A stretch of DNA of 64,000 nt from the human T2T-CHM13v2.0 reference genome, Homo sapiens. The notes under the pieces were generated by a model, which worked only from the letters and a program-made list of their open reading frames with translations, was not told the DNA's origin and did no database searches. The number at the start of each line of letters is the position of its first letter. Position 1 is the stretch's first letter. Position numbers and translations under genes: made by a program. The stretch lies in NCBI RefSeq assembly GCF_009914755.1, contig NC_060931.1; one strand, given 5' to 3'. Below are positions 43,001-55,864 of this stretch, piece after piece.

Positions 43001-43977
43001 TGAATACCAGATGTTTCTCCAATGTAGGTGCTTTAGCACTGTTAACTGATGGGTTATCACAGGTAATTTGACTTAGACCATGGAGTTCATTTAAATTGTA
43101 TATCTAAAAGATTTTAGTATTGACTGACTTGGCATGGTAATCTGGCATACTTGGGTTAGCAGTTTTATAAACCAGTCAGTCTTTTTATTAGAGTTTCAGG
43201 AATTTTTACCCAGTCCAACTCTTGGGGAATTGGGGAATTCATGGGAAATTTTTACTCATTACATGATTTTAAAGTTATTAGAAAATTGTATTCAAGAGTG
43301 TTTTTCAGGGTCCTTTCCACCCTTTCACGAACCTTTTAAAAGAAAACATATTCTAGGATTTTCCATGCTTGCGAAGTTTTCAGAAACTGCATTAGCATTA
43401 AGCAATTAACTGTGGAGATGACTTTAAATACTTATAGTTAAAAACACAATTAACAAGGAAATTTGGTTATTTCTGTGGGCTACAATAAAGTAACATAATA
43501 ACCTTAATTATGTTTGATCTCATATACTGAAACATATTAGAATTTTAGAAATCCCACACAATTTTGGAACATATATTAATATCATTCACTAAAATATAAC
43601 CTGAAGATTAAACATTATTTTTATTTTTACAGTACTTCCCATGATTTTTAAACCAAATAAGTCAAATTTCACTGATCCATTAGAGCGTTATTGATGTTAA
43701 GCCCAATTTTAATAAAACCTTATAGACAAATGTATATGATCTTAATCAGTTTGATCATAAGGTAAGAATTTTATAAACCTTTTATAACGCTTTACAATTT
43801 TTGTTAAAGAGTAGATTAGGGCTCTAAGAAAAGCTGTTGTGCTTTTATTTTGATGTTCAATTTACAGAAAAACCAAATAATACCACTTGTTACAATGTTA
43901 ACTTTTAGCGACTTTTACTTTTGGTGAAAACCTTGGCAAGTTTGGGATTTTAATTATGTACTAGGTGTGGAGCCTAG

Positions 43978-44446
43978 TGAGAGGAGAGAAAGACCCTCTC
44001 ACATTGTTTTATATTGTTTCATATTCAGTAGAAACAACAAGGAAGTAAAATCAAAGACAGGCAGCCCAGTGCCAGGCCCGAAACCAGGCCTAGGCCCGCC
44101 TGGCCTAAACCCAGTAGTTAAAAATCAACTTATGATTTAGAAGCCGATGTTATTCATAGATTCCTTACATTGCATAGAAGAACATTGTGAAACTCCCTGC
44201 CCTGTTCTGTTCCTCCCCAACCACCGGTGCATGCAGCCCCTGTCACGTACCCCTTGCTTGCTCAAATCAATCATGACCCTTTCATGTGAAATCTTTAGTG
44301 TTGTGAGCCCTTAAAAGGGACAGAAATTGTGCACTCGGGGAGCTCGGATTTTGAGACAGCAGCTGGCCGATGCTCCCAGCTGAATAAAGCCCTTCCTTCT
44401 ACAACTCGGTGTCTGACAGGTTTTGTCTGTGGCTTGTCCTGCTACA
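43978..44446 (+). mobile_element. LTR2B/C-type (HERV-E/Harlequin) solo LTR nested in MER57-int
   Basis: tgagaggagagaaagaccctctc...gcttgtcctgctaca; TATA-like ttaaaa at 44311; AATAAA at 44383; TSD CTAG. Confidence 0.85.
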
Positions 44447-44886
44447 CTAGGACCCAGACAGAAATGCAGATAAGGTCTGACTCTTTCTAATATCTCACTC
44501 CATGTGTCTCAGGCCTTACCTAACTGTAAAGCAGGGAAGTTGTACAGGGAGCATGGCTAATTCCACATGTCCCCAGGCCTTATCTAATGCTCCAAAATAA
44601 ATTAAACAATTTTTAAAAGTCAAAGCAGTTTATGACCTTAAAGCATTTAGGAAACCTAATATCTGACCTACATAATTTAGACCAAATGTTTTATTTTTGC
44701 CAATAATCTTTAAAGCTGTTTTTATTATCCAAAGATTACTAAAGTTGCATGAACTAAAAGGCATTACAGTTTTACTTTTTCTTTCTAAACATTTGACTTA
44801 AGTGCTTATTTTTGTTTAAGTCAATTAATCAGAGCTCTTTTATGTAACTACACAGACAGACAGATAGAAGATTACTATAGTAGTTG

Positions 44887-45671
44887 TGTTACAGGGGAGT
44901 CCTTGTTCCCAGAGCTCCCAAGATGGTGGCGGCAGCTTCCAAAATGGTGGCGGGCTGCTTCCAAGATGGTGGCAAGCCTCGTGTTCTCTGACCTGGGGTT
45001 CTTGGCCTCACAGATTCCAAGGAATGGAATTTTGGGCCATGCAGTGAGTGTTATAGCTCTATTAGAAGCCATGGGTCATGAAACAGAACCATGGAACCCA
45101 GTGACTAGTGTTCAGCTTGATTAGGATGAACCTGGGCACTTAGCCATGCAGAGACAATGGCAAGCCTTTAGCCTGATTGGGAGTGGCAATGGAGGCCTCA
45201 CTAGGTCAGGAGCACAGCAGACACCCTGCCGGATCCGGAGGGATGGAAGTCAGCAGCGGGTCTGTGACGGCGGCAAACAGCAGTGGTGGATGACAAGGGA
45301 AAGGAAAGCTCAGCTGGAGCTGTAACAAACACAGACCAGAAGAGAGTGCAGTTGCAAGATTTAATAGAGTGAAAACAGAGCTCCCATACAAAGGGAGGGG
45401 ACCCAAAGAGGGTAGCCATTGCCAGCTCGAATGCCTGGGTTTATATCCTGATCATTGTCCCTCTCACTATGCTCTCAGGCAATAGATGATTGGCTATTTC
45501 TTTACCTCCTGTTTTTGCCTACTTAGCTTTTTAGTGAGCTCTCTTTACTACCTGAATGTTGGGTGTGAGCTAAATTGCAAGCCCCGGGTTTAAAGGTGGA
45601 TGCAGTCACCTTCCCAGCTAGACTTAGGGATTCTTAGTCGGCCTAGGAAATCCAGCTAGTCCTGTCTCTCA
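44887..45671 (-). mobile_element. LTR17 (HERV-W) solo LTR nested in MER57-int
   Basis: Minus strand begins TGAGAGACAGGACTAGCTGGATTTCCTAGGCCGACTAAGAATCC; 785 bp; TSD GTTG (44883-44886 / 45672-45675). Confidence 0.92.
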
Positions 45672-47345
45672 GTTGTAAGATTTTTCATTTGCCAGTTTTT
45701 AAGTTTCTTAATTGGTTATTGGCTTTAGGGTGGAGTCCTTAGAAGAACAGGGCCAGAAAAGGGTCTCTGGTGCCTCCTGTTTTTCCCAATAAGTCCAGGC
45801 TGTTAGAGCTTGAATATCCACTTTTAATTCAGCTGACTTTTAACTACAGCGCTTTTTAATAAAGTCCTTTTAAAATTTCTTATTTCCTGACTTTAGCCAA
45901 GCCAAATGGCCAATATTTCTGACTTTTGAACTTTACCAAAGGTAACCTCCCAGGTGCTCAGCAAAAGGAAAACTTAGTCTTTGGAGGAGAAGAGAATAGA
46001 CAAGGACACACAGATATTAAACCAGAAAGAACTTATTTACTAAGCTGGGAATCAAACCTGGACCAACACTGCAAAATGGCAAAACATTAACTACTGAGCT
46101 ACAGCACAAGAAAATCTCCAGTGCTCTTCCAAGAAGTCTAGAGTAGTTAATTTTGAGCTTGCAAAGGCTTTTAACTAGTGAAGATAATTTTTAGAGCTAA
46201 CTATGACATGAAACCTAAATTTCTGTTCCCTGGAAGGCAGAGACCAAGAGAAAGTTGTGCCACATGGTTACAAGATCAAGCTCCCAAGGACATAAAACAA
46301 GATGAAGACCTCATCCAGGTTTTTGTTTGTTTCAGGGACCTGCAACAAAGTTTGTTACTGATCAGCTTGCTGGGCCATCTTGAGCAGTGAGCTTATGTGC
46401 GCCTGACCCCATGTTTTATCCTAAGGTACCCTTGACACAGAAAAACAAATTCATAGCACAAAATACACCAGATTGACTACAGCTTACCGCCAGCCTCAGA
46501 ATTCTTTTTGCATTAATTAAAACTTTACAGAGGAGATAAACAGTGATTTTTACCATTCATGCAACCAATTTGCACACCAAGAGAGAAATTAGAAATCTGA
46601 CTGGTAAGAAATTCTTACCCTTTTGCCAACATGCCAGCCTTCTGGGTTCCCTTTTCCTGAGTGGCCCTAGTGACTTGACTTGCTGCACCATCACCCTGGG
46701 GGTCAAGCTTCAACACAAATTTTTTTTTAAATTGCACTTCAGTGTGTTGTTGTTCGTTTAGAACATTATACTGTAAGTTATCTTTAGTAAGATTTCACCA
46801 TTTCTGTAAGACTTTGCTGCCTCCTGGGCCTAATGTATAAGCAAGAAGGAACTCAGTTTTTCAGAAATTAAGGATCCCATTTTTACCTAAAATATGGGCT
46901 TTACTCTTAGGTTCTCTTGATTAACTTAGCCAATGATTTTTTTTCTTACCTAGGAGTGCAAGAAAAATAAAACAAAGGGGTAGAACACAAAAATCCCTGT
47001 GAATTTTTAAAAGACAAATTGTAAAACCACTGCAATATTACTGCTTACCACCAGTTCCTTTCTGACCCAGTCAGATGTAAGAGGCCTCTTACTGTTTCCA
47101 AACCAGTAAATTCCCAGATCAATTTCATTCCTGGACCCAGCCCAGTTTCTGTCATGACTTCCAAACCCAATTTGGATCAGAAACTCAGAGAGCTCAAAAC
47201 ACAACTCTGTGGAGCTCCGAAATCCAAGAGGGAGCTTACCCAAAATCCCCAGCCACTCTGAGAAGTCAGTGTACACAAGTGGGTCCCGCAGGTACCTTGC
47301 ATGTTCACTTAGCACTCCTGGAGGTCACTAGAAGCTTCACTTCGG

Positions 47346-47363
47346 ATCCCACTTCTGACACCA
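47346..47363 (-). promoter_or_regulatory. Retroviral primer binding site, tRNA-Leu
   Basis: TGGTGTCAGAAGTGGGAT, 2 nt inside the 5' LTR, complementary to the tRNA-Leu 3' end ...ATCCCACTTCTGACACCA. Confidence 0.85.
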
Positions 47364-47819
47364 TCTGATAAAAGAAAAACTTCAGCCGAATTAAATTTAA
47401 AGGCATTTAATTGAGTAATGAATGATTTGCAAGTTGGGCAGCCTCTAAAATCACAGCAAATTCACAGAGAATCCAGCACATCCATGTAGTGGAAGAAGAT
47501 TTATAGAAAAAAATAGTTCATGACGTACAGAAATTGGAATTGAGGTACAGTACAGCTGAATTGGTTACAGCTTGGCGTGTGCCTTATTTGAACACAGTCT
47601 GAACACGCAGCCGTGTAGGAATGGTTGAAGTATGGTCACTGGGATTGGCCAAGACTCGGCTATTGTTACAGGTGTATACTACTAAGTTAGCTTTTGAATT
47701 TTGTCTGTCTAATAAGTTAGGTTACAGTTCATCCACAAGGACTCAAATATAGAAGGATGGAGTCCTTCTCAGGCCATATTTAGTTTGCTTTAACACTTGT
47801 ATTATCTATCTACTGATAC

Positions 47820-48060
47820 TGAGTGGTGATTGTTATGGCAAAAAACCCATGATCATTTGCAGGAATCCAGACCTTGTTTTAGTTCTGGTTCTTTATTTAG
47901 CTCTGATTCTACCAGCTGTGTTAACATGAGGAAACTAACTTTTCTAATGCTCTGTGAACGCATTATAACAATTGTAGATAACTACTCACTTCATGGCTGT
48001 TTTAAGCTTAGTGAAATAATGTGTTATACTATTTAGCACAATATTGAGTAATTTTATCAT
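47820..48060 (+). mobile_element. MIR
   Basis: aggaatccagaccttgttttagttctggttct...accagctgtgttaacatgaggaaactaact. Confidence 0.65.
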
Positions 48061-48249
48061 TTTTAAGTAAAATATTAATTCTCAGTATTATTGAGTATTG
48101 ATCATTACTATTTAAACTCTTTAAACATCTGAATTAAAATGTATGTATATAAGTTACTTTGTTCATAGTGGTCATAAAAAATGGTATGTTACATTAATAG
48201 AAGTTGAGGTAATATTTGCCTCATGGCTTAATATGAGTTAAAGAATTTT

Positions 48250-50085
48250 TTTTCATTGTATTTCCACATTTTGACTATACTGTATCTGGGTATGATTCTC
48301 TTTGCATTTGTTCTATTTGGAGTTTATTAAACTTGTTGGGTGAATAGGTTAATGTTTTTCAGCGAAATTGGGAAGTTTTCAGCCATTGTATTTCAAATAT
48401 TATTCTGCTTTTTTCCTTTCCTTGATCTGAAACTACTATTATGTATTTATTCATGAACTTAATGGTAGCCCACCTTTCTCTGAGTGTTAGTTTATTGCTC
48501 TTCTTTCTTATTTTTCTCTGTTTTTTAGATTGCACAATCTATATTGATTTATTTAAAAGGTCAGTAATTTTTTACTCTTTCAGCTCAAGTCTGCTGGGAT
48601 CCTCTAGTAAACTTTTCATTTTGGTTGTTGTACCTTTCAACTCCAGAATTTTCTTTCATTTTTTTTTCTTTATAATTTGTGTCTCTCTATTAACATTCTT
48701 TGTTTGAGTCATAATCCTCATAAGTTTCTGTATTTTTAAGCACTTTTAAATTTCTTTGAACATATTCACAATAGCTCTTTTGAAGTCTTTGCCTGCTAAG
48801 ACTGTCATGTGGGCTCCCTAAAGGCAATTTCTGTTTACCTGCTTTATTTCAGGTACATGAATCACAATTTCTTGCTTTTTTGCATGGTTTTTACTTATTG
48901 TTGAAAACTAGATATTATAAATAACAAAGTGTAGCAACTCTGGAAACTGATTTTCACCCCCTCCCTAGTCTTGTTGTTTGCTTGTTTATTTGCATCCTAA
49001 CTTGTTTGACTATTTCAGTGACAGACTCCTCTTCAGATGCTTAAGTGTGAGCATAAGTAGAGTTCTCCCTCTCCCTCATCCCATGGGAATTAGAGTGGAT
49101 TTCAATGAGTTATATTTGACTGTCCTTTCCTGATTTTCTTGCTGTGTTTCTAGCTGGTCTGTCTTTATGGTATTATGCCTAGATATTAGACTCTACTAAT
49201 TGTTTGCTACTATTGCTTTCAAGCATGCTCTGAGCATACATTTGGAATCTTTTGCAATGGTATCATATGAAACCAGTATTTGAGGGTTATTCTGACCTTG
49301 GGAGAGCTCTCTTTAGCTGTTTATTTTCTGGTTTCTGTGTTAAACTTTCTACTGATCCACTATTTTATTTGTTGCACCATTTAGCTATCATTCTTCTCTT
49401 AATTGCTCATGATCAAAATCTCATTGTTTTCCAATGTGCCTTTCAGGTTGAATTCTCCTATAATCTCTTTTAAATAAATTTATTTACCTTAGTACATACT
49501 TTGGAGTTTTGTATATATAGTCAGAGTTCTAGGAAAGAGTAGTAATTTCTACTATTTGCAGTCTCCCTCTCTCGGCATGGAATATCCACCCTGTGACTGA
49601 GGTAGTGTGAGAATATTTGAGGCCCAGTATTCTTAGGCTGCCAAGCCTGAGTTACAACTCCTAGCCTATAATTGGGGGCTGAGTAGACTAAGGAAGTTTC
49701 TGACCACTTGCCTAGAATAGATCGTCTACAACATAGAGCTGAGGGGATGAGAAATGTTGGAAGGTTTTTTATCCTGACATAGCCTTAGGTTAGGAGCTGG
49801 GAAAGAAGAAGCCCCATGTTCTTGGCTGAATCAATTTAGATTAGAACTTTCATCATGGTGAACATGGAGAGGGTGAATGAGTCTAGCTGAAATACCATGT
49901 ACCTTTGCTGTTCTTACTGAGATTTAGTAGATTTTCTTAAATAAATGTTTATTCATTTTCTGTATGCCCTTATGACAATTTTTAGCAGTTTCAAATGAGC
50001 ATTTTTGTAATTTTCACTGGTTATGGTAGTTTTACTAGGGAAAGGGTCCATGAACATCCTCACTCCGCCATTTCAGAAGTGACAT
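48250..50085 (-). mobile_element. Old L1M 5'UTR/ORF1 region
   Basis: aaattgggaagttttcagccattg (ORF1 AENFP motif, reverse); 5' terminus cctcactccgccatttcagaagtg. Confidence 0.7.
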
Positions 50086-50806
50086 CCCTAGAATAAACTT
50101 TCTCGAAAAGATGTAAATGCTAGTTATCTGTTATTAAGTCATGTTTTAAAAGCAGAGGGACATTTCAGTTCCTGTAGGAAAGACAGAGAGGAGCTCTAGC
50201 TACTGAAGCAGAAAGATACCAAAGACTCTGGAGAAAGTCTGTGAAACTGAGTCAAAGCTGAGTGATCCCATAAAATGGAACACAAGATTCTAACAAAGAA
50301 TCCAGCAGGGTACTTTTATGTTCAGGGCTCTCAGTTCTTCAAAGAAGGATTGGAGAGGTTTAAAGCAATGTTTAGTAACACAGGCTTGAGTAAATGGCAC
50401 TGGAAAGTTCTATTTCCTAACAGAGAAGGACTAAACACATGTTGCCACCACTAAGACTATATCATTTTGGCAGTAATGTATCTTTAAAAAAAATCTTCTG
50501 GCTTTCTGCAAAGAGTAAATCATTACCTACCTTTTTCTGTAAGAGGTAATGTCTTACACTGTTAAAATGACACCTACAGTAAGGAACAGAAAATTGATGT
50601 TAAATGCATTCCTATTATGTTAAATAGAAAACATTAGAAATTCTTTTTCTGACATTTTTTATAGTAGGAAAAAGTGTAGCTAAATACACAAACTATTTCT
50701 TTCCATTACTGATAAAAATGTGGTCTGTATTATATATTTTTCTATTGTAAATCTAGAATTAGTTGTAATTGGTGTAACTTAGTCATTTACTCTTATTTCT
50801 TTTCAG

Positions 50807-51190
50807 ATGTAAAGCCTCTGTTAATACTTTTCCTGTTAACAACCTAACTATTCAACTGCTGAATAAAAACCATTAGGACAACTAAAGAAACTGAGAGATT
50901 TTGGCAAGAAATAGTCATTCCAATATCAATGACTATGGAGGAAATGCAATTACTTTTCTTTGCTTAAGTTTTCCAGGTTTGTGTTCTTAAGTATGAGCCA
51001 CAGCATTTATAACAACCCCAGAATGTACCATTTTTATACAAGAATTAAATAATAGCCCAAATTAAGTATTTGGCTCTTAGGAATTTGAGAACTTTTGCAA
51101 AATGATATCTTTCATAAAAAATAAATGTTGTAAAACTATATATATTTAATAAACCCATTGCAGTAACCAGCAAAAATAAATTTAGCTTTC
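50807..51190 (+). other. Candidate terminal exon / 3'UTR
   Basis: Strong acceptor tttactcttatttcttttcAG; early stops in all frames; AATAAA at 50862, 51120, 51148 and 51175; unique sequence. Confidence 0.4.
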
Positions 51191-51636
51191 TGAAATGCGT
51201 AATTGCATACTGAATGTTTCTCTAGATACTCTCTGAAACTTGGAAACTAAGTTTAAAAACATAAACTGTCTTTCTTTAAATAAATGCCATTTGAAAGTAA
51301 TACTAAATGTTTACATCATGTTTATAGTTTTGAAGAAATAATTCCTAGAAATAAGATTGTATTACCAAGCATTATAAATCTAATACATTTTCATTTCCCC
51401 ATTTGGGAGCTTAGTATGCTTTCTGAGAGTCTTTGTCATTTCCTGTCAATCGTTCCATCTGGATCATTGAGTAGAATCCTCTCATATTCCCTTGTATGTG
51501 TACGCAGACTCTATGGTGTTGTTTTCTGTATCATTGTCACCTATACTTTCATTAACTTTATTTTGAATAAGCAATAGTGAAAGAATAGCAATAATAATAA
51601 TAACAACAAAACAAAACAAACAGGGAGCTAGAAGCT

Positions 51637-52588
51637 CCTATTTTTGTCTCAAAATTAGTGGTTCACATATTTAAAGCCAATTTGACTACAAGCTCTCTGT
51701 AACTTTTTAAATGAAAACATATTAGTGAAATACTATAAGCTCTTTGTAACTTTTTAAATGCAAACATAGTAGTGAAATACTGTTACCATACATTAAAGTG
51801 CAAAGCATTTTGTAAGTTTTTAATTTTTTTGCAAACACACATCTCCATAATCACAACCCAGAACAACATGCCAAGTTTTTGGCATTTGAAGCTTCCTGTT
51901 TTCCTCCATCCAACATGGCTTTTTATTTTTTATTCTAGTCTAGTGTTGTTTTCATAGCAATTTACCATATTTACTTCTCTAAATGTATACCTTAATTCCA
52001 TTATATTTCTCTATTTCTACGCTCTCGCTGGCTTTCTCCTCTTTTCCCTTCTATCTTTTCTTTTTTCCCTCCCTCTCCTTCCCTCCCTCCCCCCTCCTCT
52101 TTTCTTTTCCTTTGCTTTCTTTTCTCTTCCTTTACTTTCTTTTCATTTATTTTTTTTCTTCCTTCCTTTCTTCCTTCTTTTTCTTTCTTTCTTTTTCTTT
52201 CTTTCTTGCTTTCTTTCTTTTTTTTCTTTTTTTCTTTCCTTTCTTTCTTTTTCTTTCTTTCTTTCCTTCCTTTCTTTCTTTTTCCTATATTTCTTTGAAT
52301 TCTACTTATCTACCTGTCAAGTCTTTCAAATCTCTCTATTATGTCACTGTCTTTTTAAGGTCCTTCTTATTCCCTCTTCCACTTTTGTAACTCATTTTTT
52401 CTCTAGCAAACCTATTTTTGTCTCAAAATTAGTAGTTCATATGTTTAAAGCCAATTTGACTATAAGCTCTCTGTAACTTTTTAAATGCAAACATAGTAGT
52501 GAAATACTATTACCATACATTAAAGGGCAAAGTTCTTCATAATTTTTTCAGTTTTTGCAAATACACGTCTCAGAACAACATGTCAAGT
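51637..52588. repeat. Local direct repeat (51637-51876 and 52411-52588) bracketing a CT-rich tract
   Basis: cctatttttgtctcaaaattagt...cagaacaacatg(c/t)caagt occurs twice. Confidence 0.95.
52020..52292. repeat. Polypyrimidine low-complexity tract (TTTC/TTCC)
   Basis: About 270 bp of almost purine-free plus strand. Confidence 0.95.
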
Positions 52589-55368
52589 AATGCCAACATT
52601 TTAAATCCTTCCTTTGGCCTCATTCTAGTTAATATAAATGCCAAAAGAAACACTGTAATTCTTTGTGAAATTTTAATCACAGATTTATTTTATAGATACT
52701 ATTCAGATTTTTCTATATTTTTTCTTTAAGTTTTAGTGTTTTACAAAGAAGCTAATAATTTCATTAGAATGTTAAAATTATATATGTTAAATTTTTTGTC
52801 ATTTTTCAATCCATATAAGGTATATGTGATATGCTTTTTTTCACTGCTAGTGCTAATTCGTATTTAAAAAAAACTTAGAGATTTTTACATCATTTTTATT
52901 AATCTTTTCAAATTTGCCATCTAATGTTTACTGTGTCTGAATATTTTCTTTCCAAGAAACTTTGTCTGGAAGGCTTTCTGTGTTATAAGCAGAGACTTAT
53001 ATTCTTTTACAATGGGTTAAATGACATTTTCACAAAGAAAACACAATGATATAATCAGCACCCAGATCAAGAAATAGAATATGACCTGCTTCCTAGAAGA
53101 CTCCCTTATGCATTCTCTTAGTCGTTACCGTTTTACCCCCTCCCTTGGCAGTTTCCTCATTTTTAACACTGAAGATCATGTTAGTTTTTTGTTTTCATTT
53201 GTTTGTTTGCTTTACTTTTCCATAAATGCATATATACAGCATTATCTCTTAAAATGCTTTTTTATTCAAACATTACAGTTAGATTAATCTAAATTATTCT
53301 AATATGGCTAATATTTGTTCATTCTCATTTTTACATACTATTATTAGTCACATTTTGTACAGCTCTAGAACACTCTCAGTATTAATCCAATTAGAATGTA
53401 TATTTTGAAAAAAAGTAATATTTGCCAGTCTAGGTCTTACTTTCTGTTGTAATGTACACATTCAAGGCGACAATACTTCTAAGAAATATTCAGGACATTA
53501 ACACAATCTTAGTGCTTGATAGTCATTGAGCCTTTTTGGTTCCCTGCCTGGTACCCAAGCATCTGAGAAGTGACAAGTCAGCCCACTGTATAGTGGAAGG
53601 CTGATGGAGTGGAATGCCCTAAATATGTTTGTCTTGATGAACTGTCACAAGAAAAAGGAATGGAAAAAGACAGTGAGTAAATTAATTAAAATAAAGATGA
53701 GTAAATAATTTAAATAAAGAATGAATGTGATGCTGCCTTGTATAAAAAAATGTAATAGTGGAATTCTAAAGGGACTATTCTATTGCTTTTACCTAAGGAA
53801 AGGTTGTCCATAGACAAAAAGGTTTCAGAATTACTTTTCTTTAGAAAATACTGGCAGCTGCATCAAAAATGTCAACTTCACGAGTGACACTGTCACTTCA
53901 TGATTTGCTTCTTAGTAGGACTAGGCTTCAGAGTGAGGCAATTTGTGTTATTGAACAACAAAACTCCCAAACAAGGGGGATATCAAGAAGTGGTTTTAGG
54001 AGGGTAATGAGCAAATCTTTGGGGGAAAAAGTATAACTGTGCTACTCTTCCAAGCATTATGAGTTTTACTTTTATTACAGAAAATAAAATTTAGTTTAAA
54101 TATATTATTTGAAAGCCTACCATATGTCAGAAACAAATATGTGTTACTTTACTCTGCTAATGTGAGTATTATTTATAACATCTTGGCAGAAAAACTTATT
54201 TATTTACTCTTTGGTTATGCTTACAATATAAAATTAGATGTTAATATACTATCCTAATACTGTTGTATAAATGCTTTTAAAAATCACAAGATATAAAACA
54301 AGGCAAGGCAATTAAAATTACAAGTAAGAATAATATTGTATCACAGATCTTAAAAGGGATCTACCAGTGTGTTACTAGGTATTTGAAACAATACTAAATA
54401 CAAAATTTAGTGTTTCTTTTGCTCTAGATAATGTTTTCATTGTGTATGGTGTTTTTACACATGTGCTTTATAAAAACTACAAGTTGTTGCGTTATTTACA
54501 ATGTATATTCAGTTATTTTTTGAGGTATCATTTGTGGAGGCATTCTCTACATTTGATAATACCCATATTCTTGGCCCTGATTTCTTGAACACTCCTTTCT
54601 TTCTATAATGTTGAAGGTATATGTATCAATTTTTGGAAGAGTCTTGTTTAATGATAGGTAACAAAAATAAACTGGAAAACAATAACTGTTCCCACATAGG
54701 TGTTGACATCATGAATTCAATTTCTAACATGTGACATATAACATAGAAAGCTGAGAAATTGCTTTCAAATAAATTTTTTCTTTGATGTGTGTACATATGT
54801 AGTTGCTTGTGTATCAGTTTTTTTTTCATCCATTTATCAGGATTCTTAGATATTAAACTTCAGTTGTATCTCCGTTCCATCAATCAGAAAATTTATTGGC
54901 AATTTTTGTGAAATTTTCTGCTATTACCAGTGACAGTTTTTTTTTTTTTTTACTACCCTTAGGGAATTTTACCAATTACTCCCTTTCTAATGGAGGCAAT
55001 TTTGAAATCACTAGAATCTTTGAAACGAAACAGTTGGCAGTTTCAGGCAACAGTAGATTTGAAGTGTGGTTGTTGGGAGGTTTTCAGAGATGCTATAAAT
55101 GCCTGGGGCATTGGTCTCAGAGAATAAACAAGATCACAGCTGGGTTCTGAACAGCTGAAGTGAATAATAACGGACTTCTAGGCCTCTGTGATGTCTGTTA
55201 CCATTCCTATCTTAAGTCTTAGCATTAACATACATGATTTTATTTTTCTTACAGTAATTATTCTATAGTAGAGTAGCTCTACCAACAAATAACGGAACTG
55301 TTTTGAATTGTAAAAGGATGAGAAATGGATACTTTCAAAGACACCACCAACTTTAGAACCACATTATC

Positions 55369-55411
55369 TGTGTGTGTGTGAGTGTGTGTGTGTGTATGTG
55401 TGTGTGTGTGT
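55369..55411. repeat. (TG)n microsatellite
   Basis: Read directly from the sequence. Confidence 0.95.
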
Positions 55412-55571
55412 TGGAGAGATTGGAAGGAAACCAAGCAAATATACTTCCACAACATTGTTGCAAATTTTAATCATGCATTAGGTAGAATTTTTATTTATGA
55501 TCTAGTATGTGGGTCACTTTTTGAATGTTACATGTGTAATAGGAAAAAATGTGTATTCTGCAGCTTGTTAA

Positions 55572-55864
<293 letters not shown>

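Larger units (their letters stand above)
40573..47795 (-). mobile_element. Complete MER57-family (ERV1, MER4 group) provirus
   Basis: Paired LTRs at 40573-40998 and 47366-47795 with TG..CA ends; PPT next to the left LTR; PBS next to the right LTR; 4-bp TSD CTTG (40569-40572 / 47796-47799); no long internal ORF. Confidence 0.9.

Noticed and set aside
51983-52390. 135-aa F/S/L-rich membrane-like ORF
   Set aside because: Translation of a polypyrimidine tract
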